From Tubiluchus corallicola (lineage: Eukaryota; Animalia; Priapulida), in assembly GCA_030141605.1 (NCBI GenBank), contig JAQGDQ010000461.1:117962-181961 (forward strand): DNA of 64,000 nucleotides, written 5' to 3'. The position numbers and the translations under genes are program-made. The notes beneath the pieces were generated by a model. It did not search any database and was not told the DNA's origin. It was given only the letters and a program-made list of their open reading frames with translations. Of this stretch, positions 27,417 to 40,310 are shown piece by piece. Every line of letters begins with the position of its first letter. Position 1 is the first letter of the stretch.

Positions 27417-28641
27417 CTTTTACGCTTGATGTGCTTTTAGCAGTGTACTTTTACCAGCTTAATTAACAGCAATTGAAAAGGTATTGTGCAGTAAAAAATG
27501 TGATTAAGGTTTATAATTAAGGAATCAATATTATATTTTACAAACATGTATTGTAAGATGTGTTTAACTTATGTGATTCCTCGTGCCCCTCCAATGTGTG
27601 GGCAAACCATAATTGTTTGCAAGAACTTTTATTTTTTTTAAACACTGCATTATTTAAATATTCATCCTCACAGCATTTATTCATGTCCCCACCTGCCATA
27701 ATTTTTTTGTACAAACCTTGATGCTTTCAACAGCCTTTCACTACTACATTCACTTGTAACATCATCAATTGAAACTCCTGTCTACTGTATGACCAAATTA
27801 GAAGAATTTGTGAAAGTAAAATTAAATTTTAGGATCTGACATTCCAGAAATAAATGCTAAACAATAACGAACATATTCCTTATCATGTCTTCTCATTACT
27901 TGCTTGCGAAATCTAAGAAAACTAACCATAACACGGTTTTTGACAGTCTCTCAGCAACGATTTTCAAAATTGAGACAGACTTGATGTTGCATCAATTTCA
28001 CTGTTAAGTGAATTCCAAGAGCCCACATCATGAGAAGAGAAGAAGTGGAACCTAATATTAGTGCGAGAGTATTGTACAAAGAGTTTGTACAGTTAAGTCC
28101 ACGTAAATCACGTAGTGGTCTAGAGAAAAATTTACCACTACGTAAAATTGAATTACTTCTGATGACTTTATTGCAGTTAATAAAATCTATCGTATCATGT
28201 ATATAATACCTTATCAATACGCCTGACGTACATTTACTTGGTGAATTTTTACCAAAATGTTTCAAAAAAAGAAAGCAGATAACTACTTGAGCAAAAAAGC
28301 TTCATGCTAAACTGATTGGCACCATGTTTCACTAATTATGAATGAAAGCCTTAAAAACTGAGTATAACAAAATACTCCTATATATGTGTTATATGCTTAC
28401 AAGGTGCTATATGCTTGGCTGAGTTCCTTACACTGACCAGACATCAGGTGTCGTGCAATATAATGCGTGTTGTCACGCTTTGTTTGTTTTCAAGCTGTAC
28501 TGTATGTACATCGTACATTCACAATACTAAAGGATTGCTAGCTCTAATATTATTGTCAGTGCGTCACCCGGTCTTAATAGCAAATAACAGGAAAACACGT
28601 GGTTATTTTTTGCCATAGGAAATGCGATAGTTGCTTGTTTT

Positions 28642-28683
28642 CTAAAAAGCATCCAAGCGAATCCTAGCTTGGATGCTTTTTAG
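28642..28683. other. Perfect 17-bp hairpin
   Basis: CTAAAAAGCATCCAAGC-gaatccta-GCTTGGATGCTTTTTAG. Confidence 0.85.
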
Positions 28684-29761
28684 TTATGATAGTTATTATT
28701 AGTTCATAGCTTTGTAGTTATGACTTAACCTTTTTACATACAGTATACTTGATTAGCGGAGCAGTTGTCCTATAGCCTATTGCATATATATATAGTTGAG
28801 TACAAGACACTCTTATTATATAAACAAAATATTCTTGATAATGATGATTGATTTTGAATGAGTCATTAATTCATAAATGATTAATTTCATAATTTTCTTT
28901 TAATTCATTAACCTTTAGAATGAAAATTGAGACCTCTAACCCGTGTACACTTGTCCGAGTGCTAATTTTATCGATATTTTTTGCCTGGTGCCAAATTGCC
29001 TAATTCCCAATGGCACCCAGTTGTCTGTGCCAAATGTAAAGCAAACAGCAAGGCCTAGATACTGAATTTAATGAAGCTGAGTTTATGCAAAGCTCATTAT
29101 ATAAAGACAATTCTTTCTGAGGTAAGACACCAACCTGGTAGTGGCATTGTAAACATCTGTCTTGTATATATACCCTCACTCAGTAAGAACACAACATGTT
29201 TTTTTTTAAAGGCATTGTTAATCTAAATTCAGCATACCTTTTAGGATAGCATTCAGGTATATTATTCAGTTTTTGTTTTACAGTGAATATTTTGTTTCTT
29301 TATCATGTGTAGTATATTCTTGTAGCATAAATGAAAATTAAAAAATAATGTCAAAACAAAGACCTAATTTTTTTGAAGAAAGCTTTATGCATACAGCTAA
29401 TCAAATTCCAGTTAATGAAATTCAAATAATAGATTTTTCATAAAATGTATAAGATAGACCTGAAACTTGTATAGTTGACAGGTTCTTTCTTCTTGTCAGG
29501 TGTGATTAATTTTACAGGAAAGGCTTGCTGAATAACCACCTCATTGTCATTCAACTTTTGCCCTCTGATTTCAATGATGGTCTGAGGCATTTCTTATGAT
29601 ACTTGTTTGGCATGTTGCAATGACATGTGTCACATAGAACATATCATTGCTTTTTGAAATGATACGTTTGAGGTCAGATATTCCATAATTTGCAGCATTT
29701 TGTGTTTCTTTTAAAGTCATCTATTTGTAACAAACATAAACCTGTCGATATTTTCCTTTAG

Positions 29762-32700
29762 ATGTTCTGCAGACATTTGTCAAGGCAACTAGCAGCATTA
29801 TGGCAGCAACATTCGCTACAGCGATGTTTGGCTACTGCAGCGTCTGTCAAGCCTTTTGTTTACCAGGATATGCTTCAACCTGAAAAACCTCATGATGTCC
29901 CATGGAAGAAAATAACAGGCAATGCTAAGTACTGTTCTTTTTTAATTTTAAAATTACATATTTTCCTTTACACTTGACTAATGTTTTGTTTTTGGTATAC
30001 GATAGGTGATTATGTGTCAACTGTTGAAGCACACAGTAGAAAAATTCTTCAAGTTGAACCTGAAGCATTAAGTAGCATTTCCAGTCAAGCTATGATAGAT
30101 GTTGCTCATCTTCTACGCCCAGCTCACCTTGCAGTAAGTAGCTATTACTGCTGCTATTCTTAACCATCTTCACATTTTATTGCAGTGCTGGACATCACAA
30201 TAATCATTGCTCAACAATAACTTGCTAGCTAATGAATTAACTTGATGACTATACTAAATTTTGCCAGCAGTGTGGTGACAGCAAGAGTGCAAAACTTACT
30301 GGACTACTGAGAACTCTGAAGCCTCAATTTGAATGCACATTCTCACAATACACAAAAACGGTTTGATACTGTACTCGCCTCTCGTAACAATGACATATTT
30401 CTTAGTTGTAGCCGATTTTTTTCGTTATAGCAAAATTTGTTAGTTACTAGGCAGGCTTCTAGTTCCAAGCTTCTAGATTACGGCCATGCTCACTAGTATT
30501 CTGTCCCATACTGTGTGTAATTCTTCAATGATAAGCTGTACAATGAATGGTATCAGTTTTTGTGATTGCTGTTCTAAACTTTTGTTAAAGCCTTTTGGGG
30601 AAAAACAAAGAAATTTTCTCATGCTATGGTTTGTATAATTAATCACTGTGTCAAACTACTGTACTCCCTTAATACAGGAAAAAGTACTGGAAATTATTTT
30701 GAAGCATTAGTCAGTTATCAAGCCAACTAACATATTTTTCTACTATCATCCATGTACACACAGTGTACGACGATTAATGTACACATTGTTATCAATTTTT
30801 TGGGTTTGCATTTATATATATATATATATATGATGTTTTGAAATTGAAATTTATTTGCAGCAACTGAGAAAGATATTAGATGATAAGGAATCATCAGCAA
30901 ATGACAAATTTGTAGCACTGGAGCTATTGAAAAATGCTTGTGTAGCAGCTGGAATGGTACTTCCCGGCTGCCAAGATACAGGAACAGCTATTTGCATGGG
31001 TTAGTTGAATTGATTAATAGTTAACTAACTGGGAGCAGCACGTCACAAAATTACTATGTTTCTCCCCTGTTGCTGATTTCTCTCTTGCAGGAGTTAGAAA
31101 TTACAATTTTTATTGATAAGGTATTATTTGTGACTTTTCTCAGTTGTTGTTTAGTTGTAGTGTATTACACGTCCTCACAGCAAGGTTTTAACTACTTCCT
31201 TTGTTCTAATCAGGGTTCTACAGTTTTGATAGTTTTAGAATGTGGTAACTAGTGATGGGCAATTAATAGATTAATTGAATTAATCGAGATTACAACAATG
31301 TATAAATCGATATAATCGGAGATTGAACAGTAGTACAGTTAATCATGATTAATCGAGAGCAAAAAAGCAGTGTTTTAGCACAAATAAACTGAATTTTTGC
31401 ATTTCCATTTTTCTCACCTTACACAATGCACAAAATTTCAAACCAAAGTGTTGCAAACTGGGGCTTCTTTTTCGTTTACACGTGACGTGTAGTTGACATA
31501 GTAGTCGAGTAGTTAATGAATGTGTGTCTATAAAAATATTTCGCAAGTATGAAAATGACAGACAGCAACAAAAGCCATGAAGAAGTTTATAGGCTATGTT
31601 TCAGTGCTGCAATGTTTGAAAATGTGGCTAAAACACTAGAAAATTGCCGCAAAAGATTAATCGTGATATCGAATTACAAGAACAAGATTATAATCGAATT
31701 ACAAAATTTCAAAACCGCCCATCACTAGTGGTAACTTGGCTTTTTGTGATTTTTATTTTTTAATATTTTTTTCTCTTGCAGGCAAAAGAGGACAAGAAGT
31801 TTGGACAGACGGACAAGATGAAGAACACATCTCCAAGGGCATCTATGATACATACACACAGAAAAATCTCAGATATTCACAGGTTAATTGTTCAAGATAC
31901 ACTGTAAAAAACTGCACTATATTCTGCAATGCAAGATGATAACCGAGTCATAATGTATGCTGAAATTTTTGGTTCTCAGGTGTCAAGGTTTTTTAGACTT
32001 TAAATTGTGGAAAGATCATGTAAGAATAGTATCAGAAATTTAGCATAAATAGATGTATCATTCATTTAAAGTGAAACGAAGAAGACTTGCTATAAACAGC
32101 TACTATAAACGGAAACTGGCACGAAAGTATTTATGAGCTGTACATGTTTTGTAACTGTATGTTCTTGTGTTTTGAAACTAATCTGTGTTGAGCACTTTAT
32201 GTCTTCATTTACTTTACCTTCATTCACTAGGTGGCAGCATTGGATATGTACAAAGAAGCCAATACGGGGACAAATCTGCCCGCACAAATAGAAATTTATG
32301 CAACAAAAGGAAATGAATATAATTTTATGTTCATTGCAAAAGGTGGTGGCTCGGCAAATAAGACATTTCTTTTTCAACAAACTAAAGCTCTACTCAACCC
32401 TAAAAGTTTATTAGCATTCATCAATGAAAAAATTCAGGTAATTTACTGGCTGTTTGGTTATGACGAGAATAAAAATACATTCTTACACTAAGTGACTTAT
32501 TTTCTGTTGTTTACACATGTTTAAGATAAGATAAGAATTTGTTCTACCTTGCAGTAATTCTTCACAATTTTTCTTAGCTCTATATTAAAATATACACTAC
32601 TATAAACAGACAAAAAACAGCATGCACACATGAAACAAGCGAAAAAACATCTGGTCGCTATCACAATGATACCACTAACCAGCTTAGTTGTATTATATTA

Positions 32701-35700
32701 AATGTGTAACCATGTTTCCATTTCCTTAATAAAATATTAAAAAAATATTGAAACTACAGACCGTTACCTTTTTAGACCAATCTTCTAGTTACCATACCTA
32801 GCTTCCAGCTGTTTGTATACTGATGCTACATATTACTTACGTTTAAAATACAATTTACTTTTGGTACTCTTTTCGTAGACTCTTGGTACTGCTGCTTGTC
32901 CACCATATCACCTGGCTGTTGTTATCGGTGGCACCTCTGCAGAATTCAATCTTAAATGCGTTAAACTGGCATCAACTAAATACCTGGATAATCTTTATAC
33001 GTCAGGTAAGACATCAAGGCAAATTATCTCATTTTTGTGACAATTTGTCGTCTTTATTGGGAGAACACTGTACCTAGCTGTCAGTTCATTTTCCTGCAAC
33101 TAAAGACATTTGGGACACTTATGAGCAGACTTTTTACTGATGATTTAACGATGTTCTAGTATTTTTTAAGTTTTATTACAAAGTTCTGAAACACTAAATT
33201 TTAAGTTTTCGAAATTCCTAACACCAACATTCCAAAACTTGGTAAGGCATCAGTAAGTGGTGTGGAAGGTTTCTTGTCCTTACAAAAAGCATTAAACTAT
33301 CGAATGACATTAAAATCGCTTCAGTGGTAATAAAGTTGCCTTGTGTGATTAATTACAGTGGTTATTTGTTATAAGCTTACATATCAAAGAAAGTTCATCA
33401 GTGTTAGTTTTGCATTTGTTGATCACAATTCTGCAATTTCTGTTCCTGGCAAAGTGACCATTTTTTAATTTTAAATCATTCAAATGCACTCACTCTGTTA
33501 TAATTTTAAATGTTGAAGAAATAACATGTTGGGCTTCAGAACGACATAACACTTTCTAATATGGGTGGCACACGAATGCAGGTGACTTGGTAGGCTTGTT
33601 TCAGCCATTTTTAGTTAGTAGCTAGCAAGTTATGCGAATTACGAGCTATTTGCAACATTATTTCATTACAGGTAACGATCATGGACGAGGCTTCCGCGAT
33701 CTAGAGCTAGAAAACAAGGTACACGAGTTATCTCGCAGCACAGGAATTGGAGCTCAGTTTGGTGGAAAATATTTCTGTCATGATGTGCGAGTCATTCGTT
33801 TGCCCCGTCACGGTGCTTCGTGTCCCGTTGGAATAGGTGTTTCATGCTCAGCAGATAGACAGGTAAATGTCCCAGAGTTTTGAATATTCAGCCAAAAAAA
33901 CTTATAGCATACTTGAATGGTTCCAGAAAATCTTGCACTGTAAACAATTGTATTAATAATAATTTGAAAGATGATATATTAATAATATTATCAGTAATAT
34001 CATTATTAATAATAACTTGAAAGAGTTCAAGTGCTTTTCCATTGGCATGCTTTATTGTTCAAAATACCCCATTTATCCATTTGACTGTTATAAAATTGTA
34101 CAAAATTTGATTTAATTCTCTGAAGGAAATACAATAGAGAAGCTGAAAATTCAATATCGTATGTCCATTGGATTCTTGTTAAAAAATACAAAGGTATTAT
34201 AGTAATTAGTGTATGGCAGCCGTTGTCTGTAAAATGTTGTTTTCTTTTCATTAGTGCGTTATTTTCATTGATTATTTCTTTAAGATCCTATTTGACTGTG
34301 ATGTCTCTTTTTGCTCTTCTGAGTCTTTCTTTTTTCAATCAGTGTACAAAGTTACTTTAACTTTATTATTTTAACATTTATTGTGGAATCTGGTTATAGA
34401 TTTTAGGTAAAATTACTGCAGATGGCGTGTTTCTAGAGCAACTTGAAACCAATCCTGCAAAATACATGCCTGATGTAAAAGACACTGATCTCAGTGGTGA
34501 AGTAGTGCAGGTTAGCACTTTTTTCAAAATTAACCTCCATCTTGAATTTGCAGATGTGTTGTGCACGTGAAAGCTGTACCTACTTTAATCAATTGTTTTT
34601 TAATCTTCTTTTTGATGTTCACATTTCATGTACCTCATCTTATTTTTATAGTAGAGTGATACCTGTTGCCCTGATGTTTCTTTTTCATTTTAAATTTAAA
34701 ATTTTAAATGGACACTTAGTTTTTAGTAACCAAAGATATTTTCTCACCAATTGATTTACATTGTATCTACTAAGTTTTATATTGTACTTATGTTAAAATA
34801 TTTCAGTATTTACCACTGATATTTCTTAGTGGTTTGTTTTGTTGCTGTAAAGCTATGTTTGTAAAAACTATATTATATGTACTCCTATCATAGGTCAACT
34901 TAAACAAACCAATGGCAGAACAACTGAAATTACTTTCAAAATATCCAATACGTACACGGTTAAGCTTGACTGGAACTCTAGTCGTTGCTCGTGACATTGC
35001 ACATGCTAAGCTACTTGAAAGAATAGAAAGTGGTGAAGGTTTGCCACAGTACATTAAAGACCATCCTGTGTATTATGCTGGTCCAGCTAAGAAACCAGAG
35101 GTAAGAATCAAGATGGTAATTTCGAAAATTTGGCATAAATTTATTGGTACATGAGAATTACTGAGACGGTGTCACAGAATTGGAATGTAGCCTTTAGCAG
35201 TTTAACCGGGTTTTAAGTATCATTTACCATATTCAAGTTCAAATTAAAGAGAACAGCGAAAACTCATCTGTCAGCAACAAACCGGTCTGAGCAACTCATT
35301 GATATCAGTCGATTTTTGAGACTTGAGCAGAATCTTATATGCTTGTGTATTTTAGAAATTCTTGCAAAGTGTGCAAAATAAAACCATCGATGAATGTCAG
35401 CTAAGTTAATGTGGCATATCGAAATATCAATTTAAGTTGTTTTTCACAAAAGTACAAATTCTGTAGTACCTACCTAAATTACATATTGTAGTATCTGTCT
35501 TACTATAATGACAGACTTCATTGCTTGTTTGTTTTCTTAAACTCCAATTCAGTAGCTGACATTGGGTGACTTTACTTTGCTTACTGCATGCTGAAATTGT
35601 GGCGGCAATGTGATAGTAACTAAGCAAAACAATCAAACCGTGTTCTTCATTTTGCTATCAAAAGAATCAACTGAAATTACTGATACTTCAGTTATTAGTA

Positions 35701-37139
35701 TATGAATGATAAAATCATCGTAGTTGTCATTGTAGTTGCCTGTTCCTTCTGCTAAAGAAATTATTCTTTGGGTAAACTTTTGAAATTACTATAATAGCTG
35801 GCCTTTAAATATGAAGCTTGAATCACTGGAAGAGGTGATGCTACCAGATAAAATATTTACATATTGCAACTATTTAAACAATTCTGTGCATTGTAATGTA
35901 AGCATAAAATTATTACTTGATTTGTTGGCATTTTTAAATCACAACAGTCAGGTCTGTAATTTTAGACCTGTTTCAGTTTGCAATTTTTGCAGCATCACAA
36001 ATAGCCACTGCATGTTTCCTTGTTCAGGAAAGTTATGTGTTGATAATGCGATATTAACAATATCAACTAACTGCACCTGAAACTAAAATTTACATGATGT
36101 AGGGATATGCATCGGGATCTTTTGGGCCTACAACAGCTGGACGCATGGATTCGTATGTAGACAAGTTTCAAGGTGAAGGTGGAAGCATGATCATGCTAGC
36201 GAAAGGAAATCGAAGTAAACAGGTAATTAATTTATTTGCAATTGGTTTTAGTAATGCGCTTAGGGTGTCCTTTTTTTCGTTTTATAAGTTTGTCATTATC
36301 AACAGCTAACAATCTGCCCATTAAAGGGCAATTTTTGAACTAAATTACATTTTAACCAAGTTTTCATGAAACTTAGTGCATTAACTTATCTATGCAGTAA
36401 GTCAATTATGCCGTAATCACGACATTAGAACAAACAAGATAAGTGCCCTGGTGTCATGTTCAGTCAATTGATAATAACATATTATTGAAATTAAATATCA
36501 ATATTTTACAATATATTAATAGCGAATCTGGTGTCATTACATCGTAGCAGAAGTGATGATTTTAATGTTGATATTAACTGTAAAATTTTTGATTGCATTT
36601 AAAATTACATTAGGAGAACTAAACGTTTTAATTGTTATCAGACTTTAGAATCCCTTTTGAGTATATTACGGCAAATTTTAAGACAGTGTTAATGTTATTA
36701 TTCAACTGTATACTATTCATTGTGTCACATCTGCTAACTTAGTATGTATGTGTCTTTGTTTATATGTATATATATCTATTTGTGCTTCTTTGTATTTTAT
36801 TTTATCTGCACATCTGCCTGTACACCCACTTGCACAGTGCAGATTCATGTTTCTGTTTTAAAAACTGTCTAATCTGAACAAAATAAATTATGTTTAAACA
36901 AATGCATAATACTTGGCATTTAGGTCACTGAAGCGTGTAATAAACATGGTGGTTTCTATCTTGGTTCTATTGGCGGGCCAGCTGCCATACTAGCTGAGAA
37001 ATGTATAAAGAAGGTGGAAGTCCTGGAATATCCAGAACTCGGAATGGAAGCAATCTGGAAGGTTGAGGTAGAGAACTTTCCCGCTTTTATAGTGGTCGAT
37101 AACAAAGGCAATGATTTTTTTGCTAAATGGTCAGTGTAA
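29762..37139 (+). CDS. Class I ([4Fe-4S]) fumarate hydratase, FumA/FumB-type, predicted mitochondrial, ~567 aa
   Basis: 11 exons: 29762-29918, 30006-30133, 30861-30999, 31782-31882, 32231-32437, 32879-33005, 33672-33862, 34400-34510, 34894-35100, 36103-36222, 36924-37139. Motifs [82 protein letters not shown] and [10 protein letters not shown] are collinear with E. coli FumA as recalled. N-terminus [28 protein letters not shown] is Arg-rich and acid-free. Confidence 0.95.
31250..31727. mobile_element. hAT-type MITE in fumarase intron 3
   Basis: TIR TAGTGATGGGC/GCCCATCACTA; perfect 8-bp TSD GTGGTAAC; subterminal AATCG repeats. Confidence 0.9.
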
Positions 37140-38275
37140 CGATTATTAATGAATTGCTCAACTCAAATGGCACAATGCTGGTATATGCATTTGAAGCAAA
37201 AAGCTGTATAAACACATCTTTGCATAATCACGTAAGTTAAATTAAGAGTATAAATTGTTTCTATTGTGCTATGTGGTGCATTTTTGTTACCATCCCTGTG
37301 GTTAATATGCTGTAAAGTATATACACTGAAGCATCCCAGTGAATGAAGTCTAAGTCACTTACTTGCAATTTATTTTTGAGGTCAGGAAAAAACAAACTAG
37401 CTTACCTAACTTTTGTAAACTCAGGAAAACAAAAAAAAAGGAATCAACTTATTTAATGTAGGAAAATGTCGTTATTGTTTATATCATATGGCAAGTAGTT
37501 TCACCTTTTTACTAGCTGTGTTTAATAACGGTGACACTCAAATAAAAACTTAGAAATTAGAAAGATTATAGTTCATATATTGTACATATTGTATTTATTT
37601 ATCTAAGTTGTGTTTTGCACTAAGTTGTAAAAAAAACTTTATCCTTGTTGAAAACTCTATGCTCACTTACATTTGCTCTCACTTTCAATGCTCAAAATTG
37701 TATTATGAACACAGATGGACATTTTCATATCTATGTAACAGATGTTTATGCTAAACAAAAATTTTCTTATATTCAAATCTCTGGGGCTTAGTTATTTTGT
37801 TGTTTTGATCATAAAATACAGCAAAAAAAATAAATTTCAGGTAACCTACTAGATCGAAAATCGAAATAAAAAATTTCTGTGAATTGTATGTGCATTGTTG
37901 TTTGTATTGGCTTTAAGAACAGTGGTTGAACATTAACAATGCATTTGTAGTTGATAAGGCTAGTACTATAATGAATGCTGACATACAGTCATTTATAGGA
38001 ACACACAATCACTAAATAAGTTTATCTTAATTTTGTTTCATATATTGACTTCAAACTATGTTTCCTTCCTGACCGCATGGAATGTTTTGAAATCTGGCTG
38101 AAACATGAAAACTTCTGTTTTGATGTTAAAATAATAGTACATGTTATTTAGAGTATTATTATTATTGCCAATAAAATTATATACAAGTTGTTACCATTCT
38201 AAACCACCTTGTTATTCACATTCTTTTACTGCTGATTTGTTCACTATTCTGCTAAAACCAAAACACTGATAAAAG

Positions 38276-38582
38276 ATGTTAAAAAAATGCTGTGTAATGA
38301 GCAAATAATGACTATATTTATTTCTTTGAAGCATCAGACAATCCACCTTAGGCCTCTATATAGTCAACAAATAAATGAAAAAATATTTTCAATTCGTAAA
38401 TCACCTAAGTAAGATAAGATCTACCAAGTATGTTAAAAATGCCGTGTAATGAGCAAATAATGACCACATTTATTTCGCTGAAACATCAGACAATCCACCT
38501 TAGGCCTCTATATAGTCAACGAATAAATGAAAAAATACCTTCAATTTGTAAATCATCTAAGTAAGATAAGATCTACCAAGTA
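38276..38582. repeat. ~154-bp tandem duplication (2 copies)
   Basis: atgttaaaaa..tgtaatgagcaaataatgac...catcagacaatccaccttaggcctctatatagtcaac...aagtaagataagatctaccaagta occurs twice. Confidence 0.9.
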
Positions 38583-39236
38583 AGAAAAATGTACACAACT
38601 ACATGCAATTAGCTAATCAAAGCAAAACATGGAAGAAAAAAAAGCAAGTAGGATGAAAAAGTTAGCAATCCTACTACGGAAGATGCATGTCAGAAAGGAG
38701 ATGAGAAGGATTTCCAAACCACTGCTGGTGGGAAATTACAAAAACCATTCATCCAACTATGGCTGGAAAACATTTATATACTCCTCATTTTGGAAATAGA
38801 AAACATCTAGTAGGTAGAAAAATATGGCTGACAGGGTATGTGTGTGTTTTGAAAGATCCTACTTTTGTGCATTTTCGTTGTATTGTTTTGATACATTTAG
38901 AGCCAGCACAGGTTGTACAATCCAGTTTTGTATTGAGAACTGCAAACTCCTCTATCAAACTGTAGTGCATATTCAGAATTCTGCACCAAGTAGGCAAGCA
39001 CTACATTTGTATTAAGCTACTGCAGAAAAGTGGAAACCCTGTGAGCATAATTCCCAAAAGAAAGGAAAGCAGTCATTACGAAAAGCTTCAGACAACAACC
39101 CAACAATTCATCAAAATTTAATGGCATAAAATTCAAAGTTCACTGTATATGAGCAGTATAAAACTTATGATTGGATATTCTCAGATTTTGTGTTGTAGTT
39201 TATACAAATTTAAATACACCAATCTTTCTCTTAATC

Positions 39237-39728
39237 CTGTAGCGGATAGCCCTATAGGCTGAATAGGCTGAAGCCTAAGGCCCGGGATCAAAAGGGGCCC
39301 GGCAAAATAAAACGAAAAAAAATTTTTTTGTAAAAAAAAATAAATTGACAAAAGAGCAAGGGGCCCGCCAAAATAAAATATAGAAAAAAGTTTTTTTTTC
39401 AAAAGTCAGTCACTATATTTCAAATCGGGTTTACACAAATCAAGTTTACACAATTTAAGTTTACACAATTCACGTTTACACAGTTTAAGTTTAAGTTCAA
39501 ATTTTCAGTTTCCGAATTTTTCTGGGGGCAAAGTCAGTTACAATTTCTGAAAAGTCCATTTTTTCAACATATCTGACTCAATATGCATCAGTGATAAATT
39601 GTTTAATTTGTCATCCTTTACAAAAGACGAGAGCTCCACAAAAACACGTCAGCTCAGCAGTGTAGCAACATTTAAAAGGCCCGTTCCAAGCTCAAGCCTA
39701 AGGCCCATAAAATCATAATCCGCCGCTG
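39237..39728. mobile_element. hAT-type MITE
   Basis: Degenerate TIR CTGTAGCGGAT/ATCCGCCGCTG; perfect 8-bp TSD TCTTAATC; internal AGCCTAAGGCCC repeats. Confidence 0.75.
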
Positions 39729-40310
39729 TCTTAATCTATTTTAAATAATGCCTAAATATTTTTATAGCGTATATAAAAAACCAGTTTAGTGGTCCTTAAA
39801 CCCTTAATAAAAAACGAATCAGAATTAAACAGCAGTCGTTTACATAAATGTTTCAGTAAGACAGAATAAATGGAAAACAGCAGAGCTATTGCTAATAAGT
39901 TTACTCTCTACTCAAAAAATAACACACAAGAAATTACAAGATACAGTGCAATAACTGAATTACTAAGCCCAAGTCACTTAAACAACATAAATTATCTGCT
40001 CAAGATGCCTCAACAGTCAAAGGTTTGTTCACACAATTTATACCCGCTATGACCAGTTGAAAATTTACAGTTTTAGTTGATATCTGCAGTATAAACATAA
40101 TCAAATTATATATAAACTGTCTCAGTTAATCAATAATTTCACTTTAATAAATTATTATATGTACAGAAATTCTAATAAAGCATTAAAAATTTTGCAGAAG
40201 TTTAGTTAAAAACAATGAAATGCTGAAGCCACATCTCATTCTTGCACATTCTAAAACTGTAAACAACACGGTGCAATATGCTATGCATATATTGTACAAA
40301 TAATTGAAAA

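Noticed and set aside
29762-37139. Bacterial contamination or recent HGT of fumA
   Set aside because: Ten spliceosomal introns, host-like AT-rich codons, an intronic hAT MITE and a targeting presequence.
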